NCBI GenBank assembly: GCA_963848295.1
Contig: CAWKDB010000011.1
Span: forward strand, 128,001 to 192,000
DNA: 64,000 bases
Source: an uncultured delta proteobacterium
Lineage (GTDB): Bacteria > Myxococcota_A > Polyangia > Haliangiales > Haliangiaceae
Direction: 5' to 3'
The notes under the pieces are model-generated. The model did no database searches. It saw only the letters and a list, made by a program, of their open reading frames with translations, and was not told where the DNA came from. Each line of letters begins with the position of its first letter. Position 1 is the first letter of the stretch. Shown here in pieces: positions 1 to 10,888 of the stretch. Position numbers and translations under genes: made by a program.

Positions 1-1031
1 TCGCCGATCTCGGTTACGTCGACTTCTACGATGCGCTCGATCTGTTCCGCCCGCTGGCGGTCGACCAGGTCCACATCGGCGAAGGCTCGCAAGACCGCGC
101 GATCGGCGACGATGTCGAGCCGACTGCCGCTCGCGATCGCCGAGGAGGTCGATCGGCCGCAGCTTCCTGGCGCGCGCGATCAGCCGGATCGAAGAGCCGA
201 TCGAGGCCGAGCGGATCGAGCGCGCGCTCGACGATCCTCGTCAACAAGGTGCTCGCGGCCGGGCGCGCGAAGCCGGGCCAAGCCGAGGTCGTGCGCCGCG
301 GCGCGCTGTACGCGACCTCGACGCTGTCGCTCGGCCTCGAGACGGTCGCGCGCGGCGATCTCGCTCGCGCCGAGCAAGCGCTGCGCACGATCGCGCTCGG
401 CCGGCTGTTTCGGGTCGGCTACACGCTCGGCCACAAGCTCGCCAAGCTCGCACAGGCCCTCGCGCCGCGATCGCTGACCGCCGGCACGCCGGCGCGCGAG
501 CTCGTCGCGGCGCTGTGCTCGCCCCGCCCGCTGTTCGCGAAGATCGCGGATCAACCGCCTTCGGCCGGCGTCCGCCCGTTCGAGTCCGCCGCGGATCTGC
601 GCCGCGCCGGCGAGATCCTCAGCGGCCTGACGATCCGGATCGCGCTCGTCGAGGGACTAGGCGTCGACGTCGCCGCGATGGGGCGCTTGCCCGAGCCGCG
701 GCCCGAGCTCGACGATCACATTCGCACCGCGCTCGCCCGCGCCGTGATCGCCGGCGAGCTGCGCGGCGAAGCGCTCACCCAACGCGAGCTCACCGCATTG
801 CGCGAGCGCGGGTTCGCCGGCGTCAAGCTGACGTCCGAGGCGCGGGCCGCCGGTCGCGCCGCGATCCGCGCTCGGCTCGGCGGTTCGCAGCTCGCGGCCG
901 TCGGTTCGCTGCTCGATCCGCTGCTCGAAGGCTGGCTCGATGATCTCGAGCGCATCCTCGGTGGCATCGTCGGCGACGTGGTCGACGCGCGGTTTGTCGA
1001 GGGCGTGATCGTCGAAGTCGCGCGCAGCTAG
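1..1031 (+). CDS. DUF6178-like myxobacterial hypothetical protein, C-terminal part (5' truncated by window; apparent indels at ~120-231)
   Basis: Reading ADLGYVDFYDALDLFRPL...LVNKVLAAG...LSLGLE...LFRVGYTL is recalled as typical of this family. A protein-like reading needs three frame switches near 120, 151 and 231. Confidence 0.6.
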   Translation, partial: ADLGYVDFYDALDLFRPLAVDQVHIGEGSQDRAIGDDVEPTAARDRRGGRSAAASWRARSAGSKSRSRPSGSSARSTILVNKVLAAGRAKPGQAEVVRRGALYATSTLSLGLETVARGDLARAEQALRTIALGRLFRVGYTLGHKLAKLAQALAPRSLTAGTPARELVAALCSPRPLFAKIADQPPSAGVRPFESAADLRRAGEILSGLTIRIALVEGLGVDVAAMGRLPEPRPELDDHIRTALARAVIAGELRGEALTQRELTALRERGFAGVKLTSEARAAGRAAIRARLGGSQLAAVGSLLDPLLEGWLDDLERILGGIVGDVVDARFVEGVIVEVARS

Positions 1032-2669
1032 CCCGGATCATTCGCGAAGGGAGCGCGCCGCGAGGAGCGCATCGCCGGAATTTCGGTGCCGGTACGCAGG
1101 TTTCGCTGTTTGTGAAGACAAACGAATTTGCCCACGCACCGACGACACCGTGTATTCCACCGATCGAGCTTCAGTTCCAGCGCCGCCGCGCGATTCTGAG
1201 TGCTGACGCCGAACAGGTGTCCTCCGATGGCGGCGTCGTGCTGCTGCGCAAGCTCGACGAGCGGTTGGAGCTGACGACGCGTCTGACAGCGTTACTCGGC
1301 GATCGGCGCGACTCAGCTCGAGTTCGGCATTCGCGCCTCGAGCAAGTCCGGCAGCGCGTCTATCAGATCTGCCTCGGCTACGAGGACTGCAACGATGCGG
1401 ACTGGTTGCGCCACGATCCGGCACTTCGCCTGGCGTGCGACGCCGAAGATCACGCGATGTCATCGCAGCCGACGCTGTCGCGGTTCGAAAACGCGATCAC
1501 CGGTCGCGAGCTCAATCGGCTGACTCGCGCCTACGAGCAGGTCTACGTCGACGAACTCGTATCGACGACCGACCTGATCGTTCTGGACATCGACTCCACC
1601 GATGACCAGACCCACGGCAACCAGGAGCTCATGTGTTTCCACGGCTTCTACGACCAGCACATGCTTCACCCGCTGCTCGTGTTCGACGCCCTGAGTGGGC
1701 AGCTGATCACCGCCTTGCTCCGGCCCGGGCGTGCGCACGCCGCCAAGGGTGCGATCACGATCCTCACGCGGCTGATTCGAGCCATTCGCCGACGGTGCCC
1801 CCCACGCAAGCATCCTGGTGCGCGGTGACTCCGCGTTTGCGATGCCCAAGCTCCTCGATCGCCTCGAGCAGCTTGACGCCGAGCTCGGCGACGTCGAGTA
1901 CGTGATCGGTGTCGCGAAGAATTCGCGGCTGCTGGAGTTTGCCAAGCCGCTGCGGTCCTCCGTCGAGGAGGAATTCCTCGACGGCAAGCGATTCGTTCGC
2001 CGCTTCACTTGGCTGTCGTACGCCTCGAAGTCCTGGCCCGCCGAGCGCCACGTGATCTGCAAGGTCGAGCACAGCGAGCGCGGCGAGAATCCGCGATTCG
2101 TGGTGACCACGCTCGACGAGTTCTCCCCAGGTCTCATCTATGACGTCGCCTACTGCGCACGCGGGCAGTCGGAGAACTTCATCAAGGACCTCAAGAACGC
2201 GCTCCACGCCGATCGTCTGTCGTGTCACCGCTTCGTCGCCAACGCCTTCCGTCTCTTGCTGCACGCCATCGCCTACCGCTTGATGCATGCGTTGCGTGCC
2301 ACCGTCGCGCGCGTCGCCCCTACCACCGAGTATGTCTCCACCGATCGCGTTCGGCTCGCAACCGCCCAGATGGACACTCTTCGCTTGCGGCTACTCAAGG
2401 TCGCGGCTCACGTCACGGCATCCGTCCGCCGCGTCCTCGTCCGCCTGCCGCGAGCCTTCCCGCTCGCCCGCATCTTCTTCGCCGTGGCGCGCGACCTCGG
2501 CGTCACGTAGTCGGCGATTCTTTGACAACCAGTGCGCCGCCTCCCGGATCGCCGACCGTTGCGGCGTGGCGCCGCGGCAACGATGCGAGCTCGCGACGTA
2601 CCCTGACCGTGCGCGAGGCGGCTCCGCCGCCAAGCGCCGGTCAGCTGGAGCCATCACGAATGATCCGGG
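1032..2669 (+). mobile_element. IS1380-family insertion sequence (1638 bp) with 4-bp CTAG target duplication
   Basis: 13-bp perfect terminal inverted repeats: CCCGGATCATTCG (1032-1044) and CGAATGATCCGGG (2657-2669). CTAG at 1028-1031 and 2670-2673. Encodes a DDE transposase. Confidence 0.93.
1112..2510 (+). pseudogene. IS1380-family transposase, split by a +1 frameshift in a C6 run (~1798-1803)
   Basis: Motifs SSDGGVVLL, GYEDCND, SQPTLSRFEN, LDIDST, VRGDSAF, YCARGQSENFIKDLK. Removing one C joins ORFs 1112-1828 and 1818-2510 (RRCP-HASILVRGDS). Confidence 0.85.
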
Positions 2670-3143
2670 CTAGGGCGCGACCGCTCGCTTCGCCTCGACG
2701 ATCTCCGCTTCGAGCTGTTTGCGGTGGGCGCGCAGCTGCTCGAGCTTGGCGCGGACGTCGGGGTCGGTGGCCAGTGCTGCCAGCGAGTCGATCTGCTTTT
2801 GGGCGTCGGCAACCTGCTCCCACAGCTGACCGACCGCGTCTATTGGCTCGGTGACCGCTTTGCGATCGGCGATCGCCTTGGCGCGCTGCGACTGCAACAC
2901 GCCGGCGACGCACGCCTTCGCTTCGTCGGTCGTGCTCGCGGCGAGGACGCATTGCGCCTGCGGATTTCGGCGGATCTCGTCGATGTGGGCGCGGCATTCG
3001 GCGAGATCCTTCGCCGGGTCGGCCCTCGGGCGCTCGGACATCGCCGCGCTCACCTCGGCGGCGCGATCCAGCAGACGCTCGCACTCGTCTTTGTGGCTGC
3101 CGCAGCCGGCGAGGAGCAAGAGGGCGATCAGGCTCCGGCGCAC
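2670..3143 (-). CDS. hypothetical lipoprotein, Cys-containing with C-terminal coiled coil
   Basis: Lipobox LLAGC after a hydrophobic signal; TAGACT 7 nt upstream of GTG. Confidence 0.7.
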   Translation of the reverse strand: MRRSLIALLLLAGCGSHKDECERLLDRAAEVSAAMSERPRADPAKDLAECRAHIDEIRRNPQAQCVLAASTTDEAKACVAGVLQSQRAKAIADRKAVTEPIDAVGQLWEQVADAQKQIDSLAALATDPDVRAKLEQLRAHRKQLEAEIVEAKRAVAP

Positions 3144-3265
3144 CGCGGCGAGTCTAAATCAAGATCGTGGGCGTGCACGTGTCACGTGGCACGTACACGC
3201 CCACGATCTGTCTCTGCCGGTTCGAAGTCCTGCGTCGGCCGTGGTAACGAACCTACTGCAAGCCG

Positions 3266-5557
3266 ATGTCTGACGCGCCCCCGCCCTATCGCTCCGGCTT
3301 CGCGGCCGGGCTCGGCGTCAGCCTCACCGCCGGGCTCGTGATGTCGATCGTCGACATCGTGCACACCGGCTCCGGCGCCGCGGCACCGGCGTTGCTCGGC
3401 TTGTGGGCGATCCTCGCGCTGCCGCTCGGCGTCGCGGTCGGCATCGTGCTCGCCGCCGGCAACGCGACGTGGGGGGCGGGCTGGATTAGCGGGCTGTTCC
3501 GCCGCCTGCGCGACGACGCCGAGCTCGATCGCACGGTGTCGGCGATCCTGATCGCGGCGGCGTTGCTCGGTGGCGTGCTCGCGTTCGGCGTCGGCAAGCT
3601 CGCGATCCTGTTGGTCGGCGAAGTCCAGCGCAAAGGTCCGGGCGGCCTCCTGCTCGGCGTCGCGGTCGTGGTCGCGATCCCGCTGCTCGCGCTCGGCGCG
3701 CTGCCGATCTATCGGGTCACGCGCTGGATCACCGCGGTCGTGCCCGCTATCGGGCCGCTGTCGCGCGTCGTGCTGCTGCTGCTCGGCATCGCGGTGCTCG
3801 CGGTCGCGGCCGCCTTGTTCGTGATCTTCAAGCAACTCGACTACCAGAAGCTCAACCTCGGCGCGCTCGCCGCGCTCGCCGCGCTGCCGATCGTGGCGCT
3901 CGCGTTCGGCCTGGTGTTCTACGGACCCGCCGCGAAGCTGCGCGAGCGCATCCCCGCGCGCGGTGTGATCGTGGCGGTCGCGACGGTGATCGCGCTCGCG
4001 ATACCGGTCGCCTCGCTGCGCGGTACGCCTTCGCCGGCGGTCGTCGATGCGGTGATGGATCACTCCTACATCGCCGCGCCGATCGAGAAGTGGCCCGGCC
4101 TGGTCGGCCTGTTGCGCAAGCTCATCGATCACGACCACGACGGCTACTCGGCGTTCTTCGGCGGCCCCGACTGCGACGACCATAACCCGAACATCCACCC
4201 CGGCGCGGTCGACATCCCGGACAACGGGATCGACGAGAACTGCGCGGGCGGCGATGCCCACGTCGATCACACGACCCGGCTGCCGGATACCGCGCGGGAC
4301 AACGCACCGAAGATCGCCGCCGGCGACAACGTGCTCATCATCTTCATCGACACGCTGCGCTTCGACCGGCTCGGCATCGCCGGCTACAAGCGCGAAGGCA
4401 AGTCATTGACCCCGCGGCTCGATGCGTTCGCGAACCAAGCCGTCGTGTTTCGTCACGCCTACTCGCAAGCGCCGAACACGCCGCGCTCGGTGCCGTCGTT
4501 CCTCGCGTCGCGCTATCCGTCGCAGCTCGTCGTCGACAAGCAGTTCAAGGACTACGCGACGATCGCCGACGACAACGACCTGCTGTTCGAGGCTCTCCAC
4601 CCGGCCGGCCTCCGGACGATCGGGGAGACCTCTCACTTCTACTTCTGCGATCGCATCAAGCATCCCGAGACGTGCGCCGATGTGCTCAACACCGACGGCA
4701 CGCCGATGCACTCGAACATCGTGCAGGGCGCCGACGAGTGGGACAACACCGACGCGAAGTCGATCCCTGATTCGAACCACGACATCGCCGGCCCGCGGAT
4801 CGTCGCGAAGACGCTCGCGAAGCTCGACGCGCTCGCGCAGGACAAGACGAAGTTCGCGATGCTCGTCCACTTGTTCGAGCCGCACTCGACGTACATGGAG
4901 CATCCCGGCTACACGTACAAGGAGCACGGCACCGCGGCACTCGAGGAGAAGTACGACTACGAGATCGCGTTCGACGACGGCCTCGTCGGTCAGCTCCTCG
5001 ACGCGCTCGACAAGAACGGGCTCGCCGCGAATACCACGGTCGTGGTGATGGCCGATCACGGCGAGGCGTTCGGCGTTCATACGTTCGCCGGCCAGCAGAT
5101 GTTCTTTCACGGCCAGACGCTGTACCAGGAGCTCCTCCACGTGCCGTTGATGTTCCGCGTGCCGCACGGCGCGGCGTGCATGCGCGATGACGTCGTCCAG
5201 CTCGTCGACCTCGCTCCGACGCTCGCGGCGCTGTTCGGCGCGCAGCCGCCATCGACGTGGGCCGGCCGCAGCCTCGCGGCGGCGCTCGCGTGCAAAGATC
5301 CGCTGCCCCCCAAGCCCGCGTTCGCCGAGATGCTGCCGGCGCCGGAGTGGGATCACGCCGCGAAGTCGATGATCTCGTCCGACGGCAAGCGTCACGTGTT
5401 CTACCGGATCAGCGACAACCGCTGGGAGATCTACGATCTCGACGCGGATCCCGACGAGAAGCACAACATCGCCGACTCGGATCCCAACGCGAAGGCGCTC
5501 GAGGGTCAGCTCACGAGCTGGATGGAGGGCCCGCTCGCGGCGGGCGGGGGCAAGTGA
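3266..5557 (+). CDS. membrane-anchored sulfatase/alkaline-phosphatase-superfamily protein (LtaS/EptA-like) with Asp/Cys-rich metal-binding repeat
   Basis: Multiple N-terminal TM helices; [25 protein letters not shown] repeat; [32 protein letters not shown] and YDLDADPDE motifs. Confidence 0.85.
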   Translation: MSDAPPPYRSGFAAGLGVSLTAGLVMSIVDIVHTGSGAAAPALLGLWAILALPLGVAVGIVLAAGNATWGAGWISGLFRRLRDDAELDRTVSAILIAAALLGGVLAFGVGKLAILLVGEVQRKGPGGLLLGVAVVVAIPLLALGALPIYRVTRWITAVVPAIGPLSRVVLLLLGIAVLAVAAALFVIFKQLDYQKLNLGALAALAALPIVALAFGLVFYGPAAKLRERIPARGVIVAVATVIALAIPVASLRGTPSPAVVDAVMDHSYIAAPIEKWPGLVGLLRKLIDHDHDGYSAFFGGPDCDDHNPNIHPGAVDIPDNGIDENCAGGDAHVDHTTRLPDTARDNAPKIAAGDNVLIIFIDTLRFDRLGIAGYKREGKSLTPRLDAFANQAVVFRHAYSQAPNTPRSVPSFLASRYPSQLVVDKQFKDYATIADDNDLLFEALHPAGLRTIGETSHFYFCDRIKHPETCADVLNTDGTPMHSNIVQGADEWDNTDAKSIPDSNHDIAGPRIVAKTLAKLDALAQDKTKFAMLVHLFEPHSTYMEHPGYTYKEHGTAALEEKYDYEIAFDDGLVGQLLDALDKNGLAANTTVVVMADHGEAFGVHTFAGQQMFFHGQTLYQELLHVPLMFRVPHGAACMRDDVVQLVDLAPTLAALFGAQPPSTWAGRSLAAALACKDPLPPKPAFAEMLPAPEWDHAAKSMISSDGKRHVFYRISDNRWEIYDLDADPDEKHNIADSDPNAKALEGQLTSWMEGPLAAGGGK

Positions 5558-5994
5558 GCGGCGGGCCGTATCGCAATCCGGTCCCGACCGTCGACATCCT
5601 GATCGAGCTCGCCGGTCGCCCCGGGACGCTCGTGTTCGTCGAGCGCAAGAACGAGCCGCGCGGCCTCGCGTTGCCCGGCGGCTTCGTCGACGCGGGCGAG
5701 TGGCTCGCCGACGCCGCGGTGCGCGAGGCCAAAGAAGAGACCGGCCTCGACGTCGCGATCGAGCAGCTGTTCCACGTCTACTCCGACCCCGCGCGCGATC
5801 CGCGCCAGCACACGATGTCGACCGTGTTCATCGCGACCGCGTCCGGTGAGCCCCGCGGCGGTGACGACGCCGCGCGCTGCCTGGTGTGCGCGCCGGACCA
5901 GCTACCGCAACCGCTCGTGTTCGATCACGCGACGATCGTCGCGGACTACGTGGCGTTCCGCCGCACCGGCCAGCGGCCACCGCCGCGGAGGTGA
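5554..5994 (+). CDS. NUDIX hydrolase
   Basis: Nudix box [27 protein letters not shown] overlap with the upstream stop. Confidence 0.92.
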   Translation: MSGGPYRNPVPTVDILIELAGRPGTLVFVERKNEPRGLALPGGFVDAGEWLADAAVREAKEETGLDVAIEQLFHVYSDPARDPRQHTMSTVFIATASGEPRGGDDAARCLVCAPDQLPQPLVFDHATIVADYVAFRRTGQRPPPRR

Positions 5995-5995
5995 C

Positions 5996-8071
5996 TCAGC
6001 GCTCGAACGCGATGCGCAGCGCGGTGACCGCGGCGAATGCGCGCTCGAGGTCCTCGCGATCACCGGCGAGCTCGGTCAGCTCGGCGACGACGGTCGCCCG
6101 CCGCGCGTCATCGCTCGACACCGCCGCGGCCAACAGCCCGCGCGTCTCGACGTCGCGCGGTTGCCAGCGCGACGCGACCCACAGCCGCGCCAGCGCCCCG
6201 GCATCGGGCGCCCGCTTCGCCGCCGCGATCGCGGCCGCCGCGTCGCTCGGATCGTTCGCGCCGGCGAGCGGCGGTGGCGGCGACAGCTTCGCGCGTCGCT
6301 GTGCAAGCGCCGCCACTTGCGAATCGCGACCGAGATCGCGGCTCGCGGCGATCGCGGCATCGAGCGCAGCCGCGATCTGATCGAGCCCGGCCAGATCGAT
6401 CGCATCGCGCGCGGCGGCGAGGGCCTCGACCGGCTTGCCCGCGCTCTCGAGCGCTCGCGACAGCGCGATCCACACGCGCGCCGGATCGCCGTCCGCCGCC
6501 GCCGCACCGGTCGCGACGACGACCGCCGCCGGCGCATCGCCCGCGCGCGCGATCGTCTCGGCGAGCCCGCGCGCGAAGCTCGGCTCCCAGCTCGCATCGA
6601 CCGCGGCTTGCCATTCGTGGCGCGCACGCGCCGAATCGGCGAGCGCATCGAACAACGCCCCGAGCGCGGCGTGCGCCCCGGCGCCATCGACCGCGGTCGC
6701 GACGATGTCGCGCCCGAGCCGCTCGGCGATGTCGGGATCGCGATGGAATGCCCGCGCGGCCGCGACCAGCGCCCCGAGCGCAGCGCCACCGGGAACGCGC
6801 GCGAACGCGTAGCGCGCCGCCGCGGTCGCGACGGGGTCGTCATCGACGTGCGGAGCGATCGTCTGGGGCGCATCGACGCCCCGGCCGGCAGCACCGCCGA
6901 AGGGCGGTGCGGTTCCATCGACGAGCGCCAACAAGGCTCGCCCGTCGTCGCTCGTCGCCGCATCGCCGAGCGTCGCGCGAACCTCGGAGAAGCTCGCGCC
7001 GTCGAGCGCGCGCTCGGCCGCCGCGATCGTCGCGTATCTCGCGGCGACGTGAGCCGGCACCGCACTGTGCCCACCCGCCGCTCGCGCCGCGATCGGACGG
7101 AGCTCCGCTGGCAGCGTGGTCCGCGCCGCCGCGATGTCGACGTGCGCGGCGATCAACGCGGTCCACCCGCCATCGCCGCGCAGCCAGCCGCGCAGGGCCA
7201 CGGCGATCGCCGCGGCGGCCTCGTCGGCGTCGCGGGTCGGCGCACCGAGCGGAGCGGCGAGCCAGGCGGTCGCCGCCGTGCGATCGACTACCGCGTCGCT
7301 CGCCCGACACGCGCTCGCGAACAGACAGCGCTCGCCACCCACCAGATCGGTTTTCGGCGGCGGCGCCGCATCGAGCGGCGTCCACCACGCGACGGCTTGC
7401 AGATAAGCCGCCTGCAACGTCGGCTCGCGCGGCAGCGTCGAGCTCGCATGCCACGCCGCGAGCTGATCGTACGCTTCGCGCCGCGCACCGCGCGCCCACA
7501 GCCACTTCCCGAAGGCGCCGTGCTCGTCGGGCGAAGCCTGCTCGGCCGCGCCGCGCCACGCCGGATCGGTCGCGAGCTCGGCGAGCTTGCGCCGACCGAC
7601 CGCTCGCTCGCCCGCATCGACGTGGCGCAGCTTGCCGATCGCGAAGGCGGCCGCGGCATCCGTTCGCTCGCGATCGCCGATCGCCGCGCCCAGCGCGTGC
7701 GCTCGCTCGAGATCGGCGAGCGCGGTGGTCGAACCGCGCGCGAGCCGCGCGAGGCCACGCGCATGGAGCAACCGCGCGAGGCGCGCTCGATCGACGTCGT
7801 GCCAGCGGATCCCGAGCAACCCGCCGAGCCGCTCCACCTCTTCGAGTTGCTCGATCGCCTCGCTCGGCCTACCCGCGTCATCCGCGATCGCCGCGAGCGC
7901 GAGCCGCGCCTGGACATCACGCGGGTTCGCGATCACGCGGATCTCGAGATCGAGACGCGCCTCGGCCGCGCCCTTCGCGCGCACGATCGCCGCGACGTCG
8001 ATCGGCGTCGGCGGCCGCACGCCACAGCTCGCGAGCAGCGCGAGCACGGGCAACGCGAGACTTCGGTGCAC
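5996..8071 (-). CDS. Ala-rich TPR-like lipoprotein, hypothetical
   Basis: Lipobox LLASC; repeated helical TPR-like segments. Confidence 0.6.
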   Translation of the reverse strand: MHRSLALPVLALLASCGVRPPTPIDVAAIVRAKGAAEARLDLEIRVIANPRDVQARLALAAIADDAGRPSEAIEQLEEVERLGGLLGIRWHDVDRARLARLLHARGLARLARGSTTALADLERAHALGAAIGDRERTDAAAAFAIGKLRHVDAGERAVGRRKLAELATDPAWRGAAEQASPDEHGAFGKWLWARGARREAYDQLAAWHASSTLPREPTLQAAYLQAVAWWTPLDAAPPPKTDLVGGERCLFASACRASDAVVDRTAATAWLAAPLGAPTRDADEAAAAIAVALRGWLRGDGGWTALIAAHVDIAAARTTLPAELRPIAARAAGGHSAVPAHVAARYATIAAAERALDGASFSEVRATLGDAATSDDGRALLALVDGTAPPFGGAAGRGVDAPQTIAPHVDDDPVATAAARYAFARVPGGAALGALVAAARAFHRDPDIAERLGRDIVATAVDGAGAHAALGALFDALADSARARHEWQAAVDASWEPSFARGLAETIARAGDAPAAVVVATGAAAADGDPARVWIALSRALESAGKPVEALAAARDAIDLAGLDQIAAALDAAIAASRDLGRDSQVAALAQRRAKLSPPPPLAGANDPSDAAAAIAAAKRAPDAGALARLWVASRWQPRDVETRGLLAAAVSSDDARRATVVAELTELAGDREDLERAFAAVTALRIAFER

Positions 8072-8151
8072 GGCGCATCTTGGACGGCTCCGCGTCGCAG
8101 ATCAAACCATCGCGTGTTGACTCTGGCCCCGCCCGAGGCATGCTCGGCCGC

Positions 8152-9033
8152 GTGGCAACCAGCCTCGACACCCATCGCGTCCAACGCATCGCGCTCGGCC
8201 TCGCGCTCGCCGCGTTCGTCGCGGTCACGATCGCGCTGATCGTCGTCGCGACCCGCGGCGGCTCCGACGGCTCCGGCCGGCTGACGCTCGGCGAACACCA
8301 GGTCAGCGCGGACGACTTGGCGCAGATCCGCCAGCACGCGACGTTCAGCACGAGCGGGTTCGCCGTCACCGATCCCGCGCTGGCGACGCGCTTGGGGCTC
8401 GGCCCCGACGACCGCGTGATCGACGTATTCGGCGCACCGGTCCATACCGCGTTCGCATTCCACGAGGTGCTCAAGTTCGCTCGAGGCCGAGGTGCAACCG
8501 CGCTCTACGTCACGATCGAGAGTCACGACGCGCGCAAGACGATGCGCTGGACGTTCGACGAGCCGATCCCACTCGACAGCGCGATGAACGACCTCGGCCC
8601 GACCGCGTCGTCGCTGCCGAGCTACCCACCGCCCCCACCGCCACCGATACCGCCGTCGGTCGATCCCGCCGACCCGCTCGCCGCTCAGCTCAACCAGATC
8701 GAGCACAGCGACGACACCCACTACACGGTCCCGCGGTCGCTCGTCGACGCGGTGCTCGCGAACCCGATGGGCGTCGCGAAGGGCGCGCGGATCGTGCCGG
8801 CGGTGAAGAACGGCAAGCCGGACGGCTTCAAGCTGTACTCGATCCGGCGGACGTCGATTTATGCATTGCTCGGGTTCCGCAACGGCGACACGCTGGTCGC
8901 GATCAACGGCATGGAGCTGACGTCCCCCGACAAGGCGCTCGAGATCTACACGAAGCTCAAAGACACGACCGAGCTCAGCATCGACATCGAACGCCGATTC
9001 CAGCCGATGACGCTCACGATCAAGATCCGGTGA
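8152..9033 (+). CDS. GspC-like PDZ-domain membrane protein
   Basis: N-terminal TM helix, Pro-rich linker, C-terminal GARIVPAVKNGKPDGFKLYSIR..LGFRNGDTLVAING motif typical of the GspC PDZ region. Start uncertain (8140 or 8152). Confidence 0.75.
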   Translation: MATSLDTHRVQRIALGLALAAFVAVTIALIVVATRGGSDGSGRLTLGEHQVSADDLAQIRQHATFSTSGFAVTDPALATRLGLGPDDRVIDVFGAPVHTAFAFHEVLKFARGRGATALYVTIESHDARKTMRWTFDEPIPLDSAMNDLGPTASSLPSYPPPPPPPIPPSVDPADPLAAQLNQIEHSDDTHYTVPRSLVDAVLANPMGVAKGARIVPAVKNGKPDGFKLYSIRRTSIYALLGFRNGDTLVAINGMELTSPDKALEIYTKLKDTTELSIDIERRFQPMTLTIKIR

Positions 9034-10078
9034 CGTCGGCGCGCGGATCGATGCGCGCCCACTCCGCGGCGAGCGCGCGCGCGAACTGACCGCGCGGCGG
9101 ATTGCCGCCGAGCTCCGCCCGCATGCGATCGGCGATGTGCTCGGCCGCGACGTACGCGGCCTGCGCGCCGGGGTCGTGCCACAGCGCCCACGGCGGCGCC
9201 TCGCCGGTCGGCTCGCTCGCGGCGGGCAACACGCGCTCGATCGCGTCGAGCGTCATCGCGATCGCGGCGCGCCGGGCGCGCGCGGCCCCCGCGAGCGGGC
9301 TCGCCCACTTCGCCGGCAGCCAGCTCGACGATTCGGCGAGACGCGCGACGTAGGCGGCGGCGGCCTCGTCGACCGCGCGCGGGATTCCGCCCGGCAAGAC
9401 GAGCGCCGCTGCGGCGTGGCCGAGCTCGTGCAGGACCGCGAAGCGCGCCGCCTGGCTGTCGACGACCTCGGGCACCACGACGATGACCTCGACCCGAGGC
9501 TCGACGACGAAGCACCGCGGGCGCGCGTTGCGACTGCGATCGATCCGCAGGGCGCCGGATACGCCGAGCCGCGCCGCGATCGCCTGCCAGGCATCGGCGA
9601 CGCCCACGGCATCGATCGCCGGCTCGCGATCGCGCCAGCCCGCGACCGGGGCGAGCAGCTCGGCGGGCGGCCGCTCGCTCGAGATCGAACCGGTGCCGTG
9701 CAGGCGATGCAGCGCCGCGATCGCGCCAGCGCCGAGCTTCGCGCGCGCCGCAGCATGGTCGCGCGCGGTCGCGAGCAGCCCGAGCCCTGCCCAGGTCACC
9801 GCGGCCGCGCGGGCGAGCGTGACCTGCGGATCGCTCTCGATCGCGAGTGGGGCGAGTAACCGCAGCAACGCGAGGCCGCGCTCCGCGTACGCGTCGGTAT
9901 CTGCGGCGAGTCGCGCGGTCGCCAGCGACGACGCCAGCTGCGCGACGAGCGGCGCGCTCGGCGGCGACCGGCCCTCCGCGTGGGCGCGCGCGAACGCCCG
10001 CATGTGCGCCGGTAGCTCCGCCGCGAGCTCGGCTTCGAGCAGATCGAGTGCGAGCTCGATCTGGAGCGGGTCGGTCAT
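9020..10078 (-). CDS. hypothetical protein with HExxH zincin-like motif
   Basis: [10 protein letters not shown] followed by VDEAAA; translationally coupled to the UDG gene. Confidence 0.6.
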   Translation of the reverse strand: MTDPLQIELALDLLEAELAAELPAHMRAFARAHAEGRSPPSAPLVAQLASSLATARLAADTDAYAERGLALLRLLAPLAIESDPQVTLARAAAVTWAGLGLLATARDHAAARAKLGAGAIAALHRLHGTGSISSERPPAELLAPVAGWRDREPAIDAVGVADAWQAIAARLGVSGALRIDRSRNARPRCFVVEPRVEVIVVVPEVVDSQAARFAVLHELGHAAAALVLPGGIPRAVDEAAAAYVARLAESSSWLPAKWASPLAGAARARRAAIAMTLDAIERVLPAASEPTGEAPPWALWHDPGAQAAYVAAEHIADRMRAELGGNPPRGQFARALAAEWARIDPRADVTGS

Positions 10079-10836
10079 GCCGGCGGGTTGGGCGGCTGGA
10101 TCCCGAGCCGCGCGAGCTCCCCGATCACCAACTTGAGGTCGCTCCAGGTCTCGCGTTTCTTCGCCGGTTCACGCAGCAGATACGCGGGGTGGTACGTCGG
10201 CATCACCATCGTGCCCTTGCGGTCGTGAAACCTGCCGCGCAGCGCGCCGATCGGCGCGTCGATCCCGAGCAACGTGTTCGCCGCCGGTCGGCCGAGCGCG
10301 ACGATGATCCGCGGCGCGATCGACGCGATCCGCGCGTCGAGGAATGGCGAGCACTGTGCGATCTCGTCGGGTTGCGGGTTGCGATTGCTCGGCGGCCGGC
10401 ACATCACGATGTTGTTGATGTAGACCGTGGCGCGGGTCCAACCCATCGCCTCGATCATCTTGTCGAGTAGCTCTCCCGCCGGCCCGACGAATGGCTCGCC
10501 GCGCTTGTCCTCTTGCTCGCCCGGCGCTTCGCCGACGAACATCAGCGGCGCATCGGGCGCTCCGACGCCGAACACGATCGAGCGCCGAGTCGCGTGGAGC
10601 TTGCACCGCGTGCAGTCACCGACTTCTTCGCGGACCTGCGGCAACGTCCGCCGGCCGGTCCGGATCGCTGCGCCGGCCTCGCCGGCGATCGCGCTCGGTG
10701 TCGCGCCTTCGATCGCGGGACGCGCCATCCGGCCACCCGGCGCCGCCCAGGTCCCGGCCGCGGCGTGATGCTGGAGGTGCGCGCGCAGCGATCGCGTCAC
10801 TGCGAGCAGCTCGTCTCTTGGATCGCCGTCGGCCAT
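10075..10836 (-). CDS. uracil-DNA glycosylase, family 4 (Fe-S)
   Basis: [43 protein letters not shown]. Confidence 0.95.
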   Translation of the reverse strand: MADGDPRDELLAVTRSLRAHLQHHAAAGTWAAPGGRMARPAIEGATPSAIAGEAGAAIRTGRRTLPQVREEVGDCTRCKLHATRRSIVFGVGAPDAPLMFVGEAPGEQEDKRGEPFVGPAGELLDKMIEAMGWTRATVYINNIVMCRPPSNRNPQPDEIAQCSPFLDARIASIAPRIIVALGRPAANTLLGIDAPIGALRGRFHDRKGTMVMPTYHPAYLLREPAKKRETWSDLKLVIGELARLGIQPPNPPA

Positions 10837-10888
10837 GCTATCCATCTCCAACGGTATGCCACTTTCAGCCGTGCGACCTCAACTACGG

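Noticed and set aside
3170..3200. CACGT repeated with ~7-nt period in a divergent intergenic region
   Set aside because: Too short and GC-typical to support a specific operator call without comparative data.
5846..8239. Very long Arg/Ala-rich ORFs on alternative frames (e.g. 5846-8239, 6037-8139, 41081-42985, 43463-45652, 50297-52492)
   Set aside because: Shadow ORFs typical of high-GC DNA. They overlap genes with clear motifs and have no protein-like features.
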